NCBI GenBank assembly: GCA_023957215.1
Contig: JAMLHH010000013.1
Span: 15,111-79,110, forward strand
DNA from: Chitinophagales bacterium
GTDB taxonomy: Bacteria; Bacteroidota; Bacteroidia; Chitinophagales; JADIYW01
DNA: 64,000 bases
Reading direction: 5' to 3'
Shown here: in pieces, positions 19,853 through 30,106 of the stretch
Position numbering within the stretch: the stretch's first letter is position 1
Layout of the letters: each line of letters begins with the position of its first letter
Notes under the pieces: generated by a model
Seen by the model: only the letters and a program-made list of their open reading frames with translations
What the model was told of the DNA's origin: nothing
The model's database searches: none
Program-made: the position numbers and the translations under genes

Positions 19853-20952
19853 AAATATTAGTTTATTGTTTTCTGATTTTATTTTTGGCACTTTCTTGTA
19901 AAAAAGATGGAGTAGAAGCAAATGAAGATGACTTTAAAACCACACCTTACGATTTTCCATTCATATCTAATTTTAGAACTTTTGTAGATGATCCACAAAA
20001 TCCTTTGACTAATGAAGGAGTTGACTTGGGACATTATCTGTTTTTTGACAATAGATTATCCAAAGATTTCACCATGTCTTGTGCAAGTTGCCATCAACCT
20101 GAAAATGGATTTAGTGATCCAAAAAGATGGAGTATAGGCGTAGAAGGTTTGCCGGGAAAGAGACATTCTATGTCATTATTAAATCTCGCTTGGAGTAAGC
20201 AATTCTTTTGGGACGGCAGGGCAGCCACTTTGAGAGAACAAGCCCTTTCCCCTGTCACAGATCCATTAGAAATGAACAGCGATTGGAATACGGTTGTGGA
20301 AAGGATACAAGCCGTACCGACATATAGAGAGAAGTTTAAAAAAGCATTTAATACGGAGGCTGTTACATCAGACTTGATAACGAAAGCCATAGAGCAATAT
20401 GTAAAAACTTTGGTGGTGTATAATTCTGATTTTGACAAGGCAATGCGTGGCGAAAAAGAATTGAGTGTTGCTGCAAAACGTGGACAGGCACTTTTTAATA
20501 CCGAGAAGGCAGATTGTTTTCATTGTCATACGACTCCCGAGTTGTTGGTACACGGTTCTACTACCTTTATGAATAATGGCTTGGATTTGATAGACAATCC
20601 CAATGATTTTTCAGATTGGGGTCTTGGTGGTTTTACAGGAAAATCTTCTGACAATGGTAAGTTTAAGATTCCGACATTACGAAATCTTCGAGCGACTGCG
20701 CCTTATATGCATGATGGACGATTTTCTACTTTGGAGGAAGTCATAGATTTTTATAATCAAGGCCCTAAATTTTCTCCCTCTTTAGAACCTATTATGATAG
20801 CAGAAGCGAACAGAAGAGTTTTGGAATTTAATCGTTGGGGCTTAGGAATCACAGAAGAAGAGAAGAAAGACTTGATAGCTTTTTTAGAATCTATGACTGA
20901 TAATTCTTACCTAAATGACCCACATTATCTCGCTCCCGAACCGTTAAAATAA
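19849..20952 (+). CDS. Di-haem cytochrome c peroxidase family enzyme (MbnH/MauG-like)
   Basis: 367 aa with a lipoprotein signal and two CxxCH haem motifs (CASCH, CFHCH). It also has the CCP-family motif PTLRNLRATAPYMHDGRF. Confidence 0.85.
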   Translation: MKILVYCFLILFLALSCKKDGVEANEDDFKTTPYDFPFISNFRTFVDDPQNPLTNEGVDLGHYLFFDNRLSKDFTMSCASCHQPENGFSDPKRWSIGVEGLPGKRHSMSLLNLAWSKQFFWDGRAATLREQALSPVTDPLEMNSDWNTVVERIQAVPTYREKFKKAFNTEAVTSDLITKAIEQYVKTLVVYNSDFDKAMRGEKELSVAAKRGQALFNTEKADCFHCHTTPELLVHGSTTFMNNGLDLIDNPNDFSDWGLGGFTGKSSDNGKFKIPTLRNLRATAPYMHDGRFSTLEEVIDFYNQGPKFSPSLEPIMIAEANRRVLEFNRWGLGITEEEKKDLIAFLESMTDNSYLNDPHYLAPEPLK

Positions 20953-20956
20953 TTCA

Positions 20957-21406
20957 CTACATATATCGTTCTATGATTTTATCACAAGCTTCATCTAACA
21001 TCCGAAACACTTTTTCAAATCCATCATCATCCCAATATGGATCAGGTACACTTTTATTTTGATTTGGATATACTTCGTTGAGTATCAACTTTATTTTTGA
21101 TTTTTCTTCTTTTTCAGCCAGCAACATTAAATTCTCATAATTTTGTTTATCCATTGCAAATATCAAATCAAACTCCTCATAATCAATACTTCTCACTTGT
21201 CTTGAAATCTGATCGGCGATATCAATGCCATACTTTTTCGCCACACGTATAGACCTTTTGTCGGGTTGCTCACCATTGTGCCATCCACCCGTCCCGGCAG
21301 AATCTACTTTCCAATCTAACCCTTTCTGTTTAACTTTTTCTTTTAAAATACCTTCTGCTAAGGGTGAACGACAAATATTTCCCAAACACACCATTAAAAC
21401 TTTCAT
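20957..21406 (-). CDS. Low-molecular-weight protein-tyrosine phosphatase
   Basis: 149 aa with the P-loop VCLGNICRSP (CX5R) and a DP motif (VPDPYWDD). Confidence 0.9.
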   Translation of the reverse strand: MKVLMVCLGNICRSPLAEGILKEKVKQKGLDWKVDSAGTGGWHNGEQPDKRSIRVAKKYGIDIADQISRQVRSIDYEEFDLIFAMDKQNYENLMLLAEKEEKSKIKLILNEVYPNQNKSVPDPYWDDDGFEKVFRMLDEACDKIIERYM

Positions 21407-21448
21407 ATCAAAAATCTATTGTAGTAAGATACTAATCCGTATTTTGAT

Positions 21449-22324
21449 TTGCAAATGAAAAATCACTTTATTCGATATTTATTTTTAGTGGCAATTTTTT
21501 GCTTTTCTATCTGTCATCTCTCTTTTGCAGACGAGTTTCAGAGCTTGGAAAATGGAACAGAATATAATATAGATACACTCCAAGAAGTGGGTTTTTCACC
21601 CCGGATAGGAGATATCATTAAAATGAGGTTGAAAAAATTTTCTTCTGACGGTACAATGATATTTAATACGGATGATCTCGGACATCCTGATGGAGTGGAA
21701 ATGACGATAGGTGATAATTTTATGAAAGGTGATATCATGGAAGTGTTTTTAAAGATGAAACCCGGAGAGACTGCTACTGCCTATATTCCGGTATGGGTGG
21801 CCGATCAAAACGAAACTGAAAAAAACAATGACAAAAGATATAAGTATATCATCAGTCTGATTAGTTTTAAAACCCAAGAGGCACTTCATTTAGAGCAAGA
21901 ATTACTTTTGCAGAAACTCAAAAAAGAGCAAAAAAGTCTTTTCGACCAAATCTCCCACCGGCTATATCCCGAATACAAATGTACTTATCAGAAAGACGGT
22001 CTTTATATTTTAAAAAAAGATACTAAAACAGTAAAGAAAAGGCAAAAAATTAAATCAAAACAAAGTGTCAGCGTACATTATATTTTAAAACTTCTTCCGG
22101 ATTATACCGAATTAGACAATTCGTATAAAAGAAATTCTCCATATACCTTTCAAGTAGATAACGATGAAGCTATTAAAGGTTGGGATTTGGCTTTGATGCA
22201 ACTCAAAAAAGGTGATCATGCCATTCTTTTGATACCGTCATGGCTGGCTTATGGGTTTACCGGAAGTGGTGGAGACATTCCCCCAAATACACCTTTATAT
22301 TTCGAAATTGAAGTTGAAAAGTAG
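21449..22324 (+). CDS. FKBP-type peptidyl-prolyl cis-trans isomerase (two-domain, exported)
   Basis: Signal peptide, then a C-terminal FKBP domain: VSVHYILKL...FQVDNDEAIKGWDLALMQLKKGDHAILLIPSWLAYG...IPPNTPLYFEIEV. Confidence 0.85.
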   Translation: MQMKNHFIRYLFLVAIFCFSICHLSFADEFQSLENGTEYNIDTLQEVGFSPRIGDIIKMRLKKFSSDGTMIFNTDDLGHPDGVEMTIGDNFMKGDIMEVFLKMKPGETATAYIPVWVADQNETEKNNDKRYKYIISLISFKTQEALHLEQELLLQKLKKEQKSLFDQISHRLYPEYKCTYQKDGLYILKKDTKTVKKRQKIKSKQSVSVHYILKLLPDYTELDNSYKRNSPYTFQVDNDEAIKGWDLALMQLKKGDHAILLIPSWLAYGFTGSGGDIPPNTPLYFEIEVEK

Positions 22325-22558
22325 AAAATGACATTTTTTATACAATATTGGCACTTAAATTGTCACACATATATAGAATTATTTTTATTATTGCACATAA
22401 AATAAAATTACCAATAGAAGTGAAAAACACAATAACTCATATTATAGGTCATTTCGGACTATATCAGATAGTATCTCCTACATCTGCACGAGTTAGTTTT
22501 TTTAGGCAGGGCCAAAGGTAAAATCATCTTTCAATATTTCTTTTTACAGAAATAGGAC

Positions 22559-23200
22559 TTGAGAGAGTCCGGTTTATCTATTTTTTATTTTTTAAACTTT
22601 TATCCTTTGGAAACTTCTTTTAAACCGATTATACGAATAGCTGATTTTAACGACAGCATTTATGCAGAACAGATAGCTTCTGAAATCAATACTTCTGTCA
22701 AACAACGTGGTGTAAATGTGGCAGAAAGAGGCGCTGCCTATATTATAGGAAAAATGGTCGAAGGCAATTCTATTCTCGCTTTTCATCCAATGACAGGTGA
22801 ATGGATGGGTTTTTGCACTTTAGAAATATGGGAAAAGCAGAAGTATGTGACCAATACCTGTCTGATAGTAGCGCCAAAATACAGAAGTCATGGAGTCTCC
22901 AAATTTTTGAAAAATGAATTGTTTGAGCTTTGTAAAAGAAAGTATTCTGATTATAAAATCATGAGTTTTACGACAAGTCCGGCCGTTATTTCCGTCAATA
23001 TAGATTTAGGCTTTAAGAAACTTTCTTATGCCGACATATTGGACCAACTTCCCTTTTTATTGAATGAAGACAGCCATGTCAATTATTATGACCTGATACA
23101 CAATAATCATCTACCGCATCCATATATAATGATGGTTTATAATCCTTATGAGGTTTCGATGGAATTTTCTTCATCTGAGATGATAAGACAAGCTATTTAA
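22559..23200 (+). CDS. GNAT-family acetyltransferase-like protein (start codon uncertain)
   Basis: A motif-A-like region LIVAPKYRSHGVSKFLKNELFELCKRK. The track start TTG 22559 lies inside a GGACT-tgagag-AGTCC hairpin, so the true start may be further downstream, for example a TTG near 22610. Confidence 0.5.
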   Translation: MRESGLSIFYFLNFYPLETSFKPIIRIADFNDSIYAEQIASEINTSVKQRGVNVAERGAAYIIGKMVEGNSILAFHPMTGEWMGFCTLEIWEKQKYVTNTCLIVAPKYRSHGVSKFLKNELFELCKRKYSDYKIMSFTTSPAVISVNIDLGFKKLSYADILDQLPFLLNEDSHVNYYDLIHNNHLPHPYIMMVYNPYEVSMEFSSSEMIRQAI

Positions 23201-23225
23201 AAAATAATTTTGATAAAAAGCTAAA

Positions 23226-23573
23226 CTACTTGACTGTAAATTTGCCGGTAGCTTGAGTGCGTTGATCTACCTTTAACTGATAGATATACATTCCGGAGGA
23301 AAGTTTATCACTACTGAAGTTAATTTCAGCCTGTTTAATATTGGAATATTTTAAAATCTCTTTACCCACAATATTATAAACTGTAAAACTGACGTTTGAT
23401 TTTTGCAAATCTATGTTGTCACTGATTTTGATAGTGGCTTCTGTTATCACCGGATTAGGATATACTTTCACATAGTCCATCTTATCAAATTTAGAATTTG
23501 ACTGTGCAAATACAGCACTTGAAAAGACAAGTGTCATAAAAAGCAATAGGCTATATAGTAACTTCCTAAGCAT
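23226..23573 (-). CDS. Minimal T9SS type A sorting-domain protein (signal peptide plus CTD only)
   Basis: 115 aa: signal peptide MLRKLLYSLLLFMTLVFSSAVFAQ, about 12 residues, then VYPNPVITEATIKI...GMYIYQLKVDQ...GKFTVK, which is a typical CTD. Confidence 0.7.
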   Translation of the reverse strand: MLRKLLYSLLLFMTLVFSSAVFAQSNSKFDKMDYVKVYPNPVITEATIKISDNIDLQKSNVSFTVYNIVGKEILKYSNIKQAEINFSSDKLSSGMYIYQLKVDQRTQATGKFTVK

Positions 23574-23676
23574 TATTGTTGTAAAGGTATTAATATCTTG
23601 TTAAGAATGCAAGTATTTACAATAAAAACTATTGATAAGAGATAACATTTTTATTGATTTTATGGCTATTCGTTTT

Positions 23677-24591
23677 TTACTTAGTACCCATCATGGTTAC
23701 CTCCAAGGTGCTGCTTGGTGTTGCAATACCGTTTTTCAAAAAGGCATCATACACAGCTTTTCTCACACCAAAATAAACTGTATAATAATCTGCTTCCATC
23801 TGTCTCGGATTGGCAGGGTCATAAGGTTTGACTTTTATTCTTGGCCAAAGTACCAACAAAGGCCCGTCTCCGGTAAGCTCTGCGATGCGCACTCCCGGTT
23901 CGGGATCAGAGATGACACAAGGGACGGTCTTCATCGCCTCAATGGCTACTTGTATTGCCTTATCTACATCAGTATAATCAGCAACAGGTACTTTAATATC
24001 TATTCTCAAATTTTCTTGGTCAGTAAAATTATTGACAACACCTGTACTCAATGCACCATTTGGTAAACGAATGGTTTTATTTTGTGAAGTCAAGATAGAA
24101 GTATAGACAATGCCTATTTCTTTGACTATTCCAAATTGACCTTGCGCTTCTATTAAATCACCGACTCTAAAAGGTTTGAGTAAAAGTATCATAACACCTC
24201 CGGCAAAATTTCCCAAACTACCATTGAGTGCACTACCAATCGCTAAGCCTGCACCGGCTAAAAGTGCTGCAAATCCTGTGATATTTATTCCCAATACACT
24301 GATGACTGTGAGTGCTAAAAGGACATATAAGCTGATTTTTGTCAATGAAGAGAGAAATGATTGGAGCGAGGCTTCTATTTTTCGCCTCTTCATAATGCTC
24401 ATAAAAATATTTGTCAGCCATTTTATCAGCCATAAACCGATAACCCCAATAAAAATTGCACTGATGATCTTAGGTAAAAACTCTATTCCCATTTCCTCCA
24501 ATCTATCAATTCCCCGTATTGCATCCACCACTTCACTCACAGTTGACTTTTCCAATTCTGTACCAGCCTGTAAAAAAAATATATTCATCAT
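23677..24591 (-). CDS. Small-conductance mechanosensitive channel (MscS family)
   Basis: 304 aa with three TMs, then KPFRVGDLIEAQGQFGIVKEIGIVYTSILTSQNKTIRLPNG, the MscS beta-domain signature. Confidence 0.88.
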   Translation of the reverse strand: MMNIFFLQAGTELEKSTVSEVVDAIRGIDRLEEMGIEFLPKIISAIFIGVIGLWLIKWLTNIFMSIMKRRKIEASLQSFLSSLTKISLYVLLALTVISVLGINITGFAALLAGAGLAIGSALNGSLGNFAGGVMILLLKPFRVGDLIEAQGQFGIVKEIGIVYTSILTSQNKTIRLPNGALSTGVVNNFTDQENLRIDIKVPVADYTDVDKAIQVAIEAMKTVPCVISDPEPGVRIAELTGDGPLLVLWPRIKVKPYDPANPRQMEADYYTVYFGVRKAVYDAFLKNGIATPSSTLEVTMMGTK

Positions 24592-24736
24592 TGTTTTATT
24601 TTCTAACCGTTCTAATAATCTATGTACAATAAAGGCAATGAAGATAAAAAAGTTCTATGTTTTACGAATCTGCTTTATACTTTATTAGCATCTATATACA
24701 TATCAGACTCCCTGTCAACAGTTTTTAAAAATAAGT

Positions 24737-25456
24737 TTAAAATTTTAAGTAAAAATCCTTTGTCAAATTTTTATAAACTTCAGAATATACAGCTTCACGT
24801 TCATAGATATGAATTTTTTCAGACACTACTTCTGCTGGGTTTTTTAAAGAAAATTCTGTCATTATTCTAATCGGCTTTTGCTTTTCAAAGCTTGAAATCT
24901 CACATATTCTGATAGGATGTAAAAGATACTTTTTTGCAATAAGAATCAATCTTTCCATTTGATCGGAGGGAAGTATCAACGCCAAGTGACCATTCGTATT
25001 CAATAGCTCTACGGTTTTCTTTATCAAATCTTCCAAACTTAAATTTATTTGATGCCTGACACTGTCTTTTTCTTTTTGACCTGATAAAAGTACATTTGAA
25101 AAATAGGGAGGATTACTGACGATATAATCAAATCTCGTTTCGGTGGGATAAGCTTTATAATCTATGATGTTAAATTTCAAATGATTAGGCAAGGAGAAAT
25201 TTGTTTGATTGTAGAGTGCATCTCGAATAGAGTCTGTATGGATATCTATACCCTCAATATCTGCTTCCGGGAATCTTTGTGCCAATATCAACGCTATCAG
25301 CCCGGAACCCGTTCCTATATCCAAAATATTTTGCGGAGTGAAATCCTTTACCACCCAAGGAGCAAGCAATACTCCATCAGTACCTACTTTCATGGACGAA
25401 TGTGCATGTCTGACTTCAAACTTTTTGAATCGAAATACAGATTTATCTTTAGCCAT
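24737..25456 (-). CDS. tRNA (adenine-N6)-methyltransferase (TrmN6/YfiC-like)
   Basis: 239 aa with a SAM-binding motif DIGTGSGLIAL and the N6-MTase motif VSNPPYF. Confidence 0.8.
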   Translation of the reverse strand: MAKDKSVFRFKKFEVRHAHSSMKVGTDGVLLAPWVVKDFTPQNILDIGTGSGLIALILAQRFPEADIEGIDIHTDSIRDALYNQTNFSLPNHLKFNIIDYKAYPTETRFDYIVSNPPYFSNVLLSGQKEKDSVRHQINLSLEDLIKKTVELLNTNGHLALILPSDQMERLILIAKKYLLHPIRICEISSFEKQKPIRIMTEFSLKNPAEVVSEKIHIYEREAVYSEVYKNLTKDFYLKF

Positions 25457-26486
25457 TCCGGTGTAAGCTTTCTATAATTTTTCTCGCTGCCAAGAAAGGA
25501 GGGATGGTGTTATTTTTTACTTTTTCCATTTGACTTTTGTAAAGTAAATTGAGTTGTTTGTCACTTTGAATAAATGTCAAAAGTTGGATTTCCAAAGATT
25601 CTTGAAACCAAAGTAAACTTTGTTCATTTCGCTTTTGAAATAAAAAACCATTTTCTAAAGCTTTTGAGAAATATTCTTCTATTGTCGTATGGATTTTTTC
25701 AGTTCCCACCGGTGGTTCCGAAGATGCCGTCAACACTTTCGGATTCCAAAAGCTGTTATTAGAAGGAAACAGATGCAAAGCATGTGCATAATCCCTCGCA
25801 GAAGCTCTTGCCAGACTCTCTCTGACTCCATCTGCTTTGTGTACGATAAGAATATCTGCCATCTCCATGATACCTCTTTTGATACCTTGTAGCTCATCGC
25901 CTGCTCCGGGTAACATCAACAACAGAAATACATCTGTCATCTGATGGACTGCCGTTTCAGATTGACCGACCCCAACTGTTTCTACCAATATTCTGTCAAA
26001 TCCGGCAGCCTCGCACAATAAAATCACTTCCCGGGTTTTGTATGATACACCACCCAACTGTTTGCCGGAAGGGCTGGGACGAACAAAAATATTTTCGCGA
26101 GATTGTATATCTATCATTCGGGTTTTGTCTCCCAAGATACTTCCACCTGACTGTCGGCTGGAAGGGTCTATGGCAAGCACTGCCACTGAAAAACCTTTTT
26201 CATCCAAGAGTTGGGCATACACATTGATAAAAGTACTTTTCCCCACACCCGGAGTACCCGTGACTCCGATTTTCAGGCATTCGTCCCTTCTTTTTTTTAT
26301 AGCCCTATTGAGCAGTTCGTCTGCAATGGCTTGATGTGCAGGAGCTGAACTTTCGATATAAGTGATGGCTTCACCCAAGGCGATTTTATCTTTTTGGATA
26401 ATTTTCAGCCAAAGCTTATCCAAAGAAAACTCTTTTTTCCTTAACCTTTCAATAGCCGCTTGTTTGCTCTTGGAGAGTTTGTCCAT
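25449..26486 (-). CDS. meaB: MeaB/ArgK-type G3E GTPase (methylmalonyl-CoA mutase-associated)
   Basis: 345 aa with the P-loop GVTGTPGVGKSTF, the switch motif VETVGVGQSE, and the NKxD-like motif VHKADG. Confidence 0.85.
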   Translation of the reverse strand: MDKLSKSKQAAIERLRKKEFSLDKLWLKIIQKDKIALGEAITYIESSAPAHQAIADELLNRAIKKRRDECLKIGVTGTPGVGKSTFINVYAQLLDEKGFSVAVLAIDPSSRQSGGSILGDKTRMIDIQSRENIFVRPSPSGKQLGGVSYKTREVILLCEAAGFDRILVETVGVGQSETAVHQMTDVFLLLMLPGAGDELQGIKRGIMEMADILIVHKADGVRESLARASARDYAHALHLFPSNNSFWNPKVLTASSEPPVGTEKIHTTIEEYFSKALENGFLFQKRNEQSLLWFQESLEIQLLTFIQSDKQLNLLYKSQMEKVKNNTIPPFLAARKIIESLHRNG

Positions 26487-26645
26487 ACTTTAGCGAATAT
26501 AAGTATTCCATGTATTTTTCTGAAATTAATTGACCTGTCATCGTTTGCTCATCCTATTCAGAATGGATTAAAAAAAAATTAAATTGTAAACATTACCATC
26601 ATTAATTAGTAAAATTCGTCTAAAGTTTTTGAAATTCGTAGAATC

Positions 26646-27878
26646 ATGGTAAAGACATTATCTTTCCCTAAAGAAAAAATCAAGATTTTACTACTTGAAG
26701 GGATACACGCATCTGCTATTGCAGAGTTTACAAAAGCCGGTTATAACAATATTGATTTACACAAAGGCGCAATGTCCGAAGAAGAGTTGCTGGAGTGTAT
26801 TGAAAACTATCATATCGTAGGTCTAAGATCAAAAACCAACTTGACCGAAACTGTTTTAGAGAAAGCAAATAAACTTTTGTCCATTGGTGCATTCTGTATC
26901 GGTACCAATCAGATAGACTTAGACACTGCCAGAGATAAAGGTATTGCTGTTTTTAACTCACCTTATTCCAATACAAGATCTGTTGCAGAACTGATTATTG
27001 CTAACTCTATCATGCTCCTCAGACGTATTCCTGAAAGGAGTAAGAATGCGCATCAAGGCAATTGGCTAAAAGATGCCGCAAGATCTTATGAATTAAGAGG
27101 TAAAACTATCGGTATCATCGGATATGGGCACATCGGCACGCAGGTTTCTATCATGGCAGAAGCGATGGGACTCAATGTTTTGTACTATGATATCGAACCC
27201 AAAATGCCTTTGGGAAATGCCAAACAAGTACATACACTCAACGAACTACTCGAAAGTGTGGATATCGTGACATTGCATGTTCCGGCCACGCCTTTGACCA
27301 AAATGATGATAGGTAAAGGCCAATTTGATTTGATGAAAGAAGGTGTTATTTTTCAAAACTTATCAAGAGGTTCTGTTGTAGATTTGGAGGAATTAGAAAA
27401 ACATATTCGCTCCGGCAAAGTAGGCGGTGCGGCTATTGACGTATTTCCGGTAGAACCCAAACACAAAGATGAAAAGTTTGTCAGTCCGCTACAAGGCTTG
27501 GATAATGTTATCTTGACTCCACACATCGGTGGCAGTACACAAGAAGCGCAAGAAACCATCGGTGGTGAAGTGGCCGCTAAGTTGATTTCATTTTTGGATA
27601 ATGGTTCTACCATCAGCTCACAAAATCTTCCCGAACTCAATTTGCCCGTACAGGCCGGCTATAAAAGAATTTTGCATATTCACCGAAATGTACCGGGTAT
27701 TCTATCTCAAATTAACAATATTCTTTCAGGTTACAATATCAATATCGAAGCGCAATACCTCAAAACCAATGAAAAGGTCGGTTATGTCGTACTGGATGTC
27801 CAAGGAGATGTAGAAGAGGAAGCTTTGATTGCACTCAAACAAATCAAAGATACCATCAAGGTGAGAGTGCTGTTTTAG
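26646..27878 (+). CDS. serA: D-3-phosphoglycerate dehydrogenase with a C-terminal ACT domain
   Basis: 410 aa with NAD-binding motif GIIGYGHIGTQV, a catalytic region LTPHIGGST, and an ACT-like tail (ILHIHRNVPGILSQIN). Confidence 0.9.
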   Translation: MVKTLSFPKEKIKILLLEGIHASAIAEFTKAGYNNIDLHKGAMSEEELLECIENYHIVGLRSKTNLTETVLEKANKLLSIGAFCIGTNQIDLDTARDKGIAVFNSPYSNTRSVAELIIANSIMLLRRIPERSKNAHQGNWLKDAARSYELRGKTIGIIGYGHIGTQVSIMAEAMGLNVLYYDIEPKMPLGNAKQVHTLNELLESVDIVTLHVPATPLTKMMIGKGQFDLMKEGVIFQNLSRGSVVDLEELEKHIRSGKVGGAAIDVFPVEPKHKDEKFVSPLQGLDNVILTPHIGGSTQEAQETIGGEVAAKLISFLDNGSTISSQNLPELNLPVQAGYKRILHIHRNVPGILSQINNILSGYNINIEAQYLKTNEKVGYVVLDVQGDVEEEALIALKQIKDTIKVRVLF

Positions 27879-28106
27879 AAAGACCTTTTGCTGAGTAAGT
27901 AAGCTTTTCGAGTTGTAAAACTTAGTCCACAGTTTGACAGACGGTGGACAAATATCTTTAATGGGTATCTTCTGTTACCAATCAATTTTTTTCAGAAAAA
28001 AGTAACCCTTTAACAGTTACAACAAGTATCAATGAAATATTGGGTATAAAAAGCTCCTTTAAACTCAAAACTTCAACTGAGTTTAAACTTAAAATTAAAT
28101 TTATGT

Positions 28107-28132
28107 AACTCAATCAAACGTTTGTTTGAGTT
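28107..28132. promoter_or_regulatory. Near-perfect palindrome; candidate TetR operator upstream of the efflux operon
   Basis: AACTCAATCAAACG|TTTGTTTGAGTT, centred on AACGTT, lies 34 nt upstream of the tetR ATG. A second inverted repeat, AAACTCA-n10-TGAGTTT, at 28061-28084 shares the ACTCA/TGAGT arms. Confidence 0.45.
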
Positions 28133-28165
28133 TTTGAAATTCATGGTAACTTCGCACTCTCAAAA

Positions 28166-28771
28166 ATGAAAAGTCCGGAAGAAAATATATTAGATAAAGC
28201 GCAATTACTCTTCTCTCAAAAAGGTTTTTCGGGTACGTCAGTTCGCGACATTGCTAATGAAGCAGGCGTTAATATTTCCATGATTTCGTACTATTTTGGA
28301 GGAAAGAATGGTTTGCTAACAGCTTTGGTTAAAAGTAGATTGGAAATCATGAAGTCTCATTTGGGAGATTTGGTGGAAAACAAAAAGCTGACTCCGCAAG
28401 AAAAAATCGAATTACTGATTGAAAAATGGGTGGAAAAATTTTGGGAATACCGCCTGTTAAACAATTTTATCCTACGAGAAAACAATTTTGAATTGATGGA
28501 TGAACTCAACGAGCTCATCACAGAAGTAAAAATGTCTCGCTACAATAACTTTCGGTTAATCATTCTCGAAGGGCAAAAAGAGGGTAGTTTCAAGAAAGAT
28601 TTAAACATCCCCCTGCTTTATGGAACCTTGTCCGGATTTCTAAAACACCTCTATTTTTCCGAAGATTTTTATTGTCAACTTTTGGAAATTGAAGAGAACA
28701 AGGATCAAGCTTTACTCAACCAAATGAAAATCTATTTAAAATCACTTTACAAGTACATCATCAATGAATAA
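28166..28771 (+). CDS. TetR/AcrR-family transcriptional regulator
   Basis: 201 aa with an N-terminal HTH: FSGTSVRDIANEAGVNISMISYYFGGKNGL. Confidence 0.9.
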   Translation: MKSPEENILDKAQLLFSQKGFSGTSVRDIANEAGVNISMISYYFGGKNGLLTALVKSRLEIMKSHLGDLVENKKLTPQEKIELLIEKWVEKFWEYRLLNNFILRENNFELMDELNELITEVKMSRYNNFRLIILEGQKEGSFKKDLNIPLLYGTLSGFLKHLYFSEDFYCQLLEIEENKDQALLNQMKIYLKSLYKYIINE

Positions 28772-30089
28772 ACGAAGCATTTTATTTACCTGCACACTCA
28801 TTATCTTGTTGTGGTCAGAATCTAATTTCTCCTTGGCACAGATTGTACAACAAAGACCTTTAGGAGAAATGATTCAATTGGGATTTCAACAAAGTCATCA
28901 ACTAAAAGTCACAAATTATCAACGTATTGCGGATAGTCTTTCCGTCAAAGAAGCCAAATTAGGTTATACGCCGATTATTTCCGTTTCCGGACAAGCAGCA
29001 TTGCTCAATGAGCCACACTTCGATTTTTCAAATCCCGAAATGAGTAATATGATGAAAAATCCAAAAAGTGCTTTTTTTGCCTCCGGAAGTCTGACAGTTC
29101 CTGTTTTTAATGGATTTCAGTTGATCAACAATTTGAAAATGCAAAAGGCAAATCAACTTTCAGGCGAAAGTCAAGCCGGACAAGATTCAATCCAATATGT
29201 CATTGATGTCGTGAATGCTTATGCAGCCTTATACAAGGCTGAGAAATCAGAAGCGTTGATTCAAGAAAACTTAAAAACAGCCCAAAAACGCGTTTCCGAT
29301 TTCAAAGCGATGAAAGAAAACGGTTTGTTAAACGAAAATGATCTTTTAAAAGCACAATTACAGGTTTCAAAAATCAAACTTTCACTTTTGGATATTCAAA
29401 ACAAACATGAATTAGCACAATATCAGCTGAATTTACTTGTCGGAGAAGCAGAAAACACAAATATAGAAACGGATACAACGCTCTTTAATCAAGTCTTTTT
29501 GATAGAAAACAATATCAATGAACCCGATATTTTATCCAACCGAATGGACTATCAAGCTTTAATAAACAAAGAATCGGTCGCTAATTATGCCTTGAAACTT
29601 CAAAAGAGTGTTTATTATCCACATATCAATTTATCAGCGATGTATGTTGATTTGAACGTTCCCAAAACGATAACTGTCACAAACTTATTCAATGCCGGCA
29701 TTAGTTTGAGTTATAATATCTCTGATATGTACCGAAAATCGCCTGCTATCTCAAAAGCAAAGATTCAACTCATGCAATTACAGGAAAACGAAGCCATGTT
29801 GAGTGATCAAATTAAGTTGCAAGTTCATCAGGCAACGTTAGATTACGACAAAATCAAACAACAATTAGACGTTTATCAGGAAGCCATCCGGCAGACAAGA
29901 GCCAATTACAAAGATTTGGTCGAAAAGCAAGCCAACAGTATGGCAACAACAACGGATATGCTTGATGCGGAATTGGAACTTTTGCAAGCAAGAATCAACA
30001 AACACCTTTCTCAAGCAGATTTATTTCTCGCTTATTGTAACTATCTGAAAGTCACAGGAAATTTAGAAAAATTGAAAAAAATCAACTAA
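28764..30089 (+). CDS. TolC-family outer-membrane efflux protein
   Basis: 441 aa with a signal peptide and two repeated coiled-coil/beta halves. It is the first of three efflux components after tetR, which it overlaps by 8 nt. Confidence 0.85.
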   Translation: MNKRSILFTCTLIILLWSESNFSLAQIVQQRPLGEMIQLGFQQSHQLKVTNYQRIADSLSVKEAKLGYTPIISVSGQAALLNEPHFDFSNPEMSNMMKNPKSAFFASGSLTVPVFNGFQLINNLKMQKANQLSGESQAGQDSIQYVIDVVNAYAALYKAEKSEALIQENLKTAQKRVSDFKAMKENGLLNENDLLKAQLQVSKIKLSLLDIQNKHELAQYQLNLLVGEAENTNIETDTTLFNQVFLIENNINEPDILSNRMDYQALINKESVANYALKLQKSVYYPHINLSAMYVDLNVPKTITVTNLFNAGISLSYNISDMYRKSPAISKAKIQLMQLQENEAMLSDQIKLQVHQATLDYDKIKQQLDVYQEAIRQTRANYKDLVEKQANSMATTTDMLDAELELLQARINKHLSQADLFLAYCNYLKVTGNLEKLKKIN

Positions 30090-30106
30090 AAACCGTTAGA
30101 AATATC

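Noticed and set aside
26620-28145. Shared 14-mer GTTTTTGAAATTC(G/A)T just upstream of both serA (about 26618-26632) and tetR (about 28130-28144), considered as a common regulatory site
   Set aside because: There are only two copies, both in AT-rich promoter DNA, and the genes have no functional link. The sequence does not fit the TAnnTTTG -7 consensus cleanly. It is probably coincidental or a generic promoter-proximal sequence.
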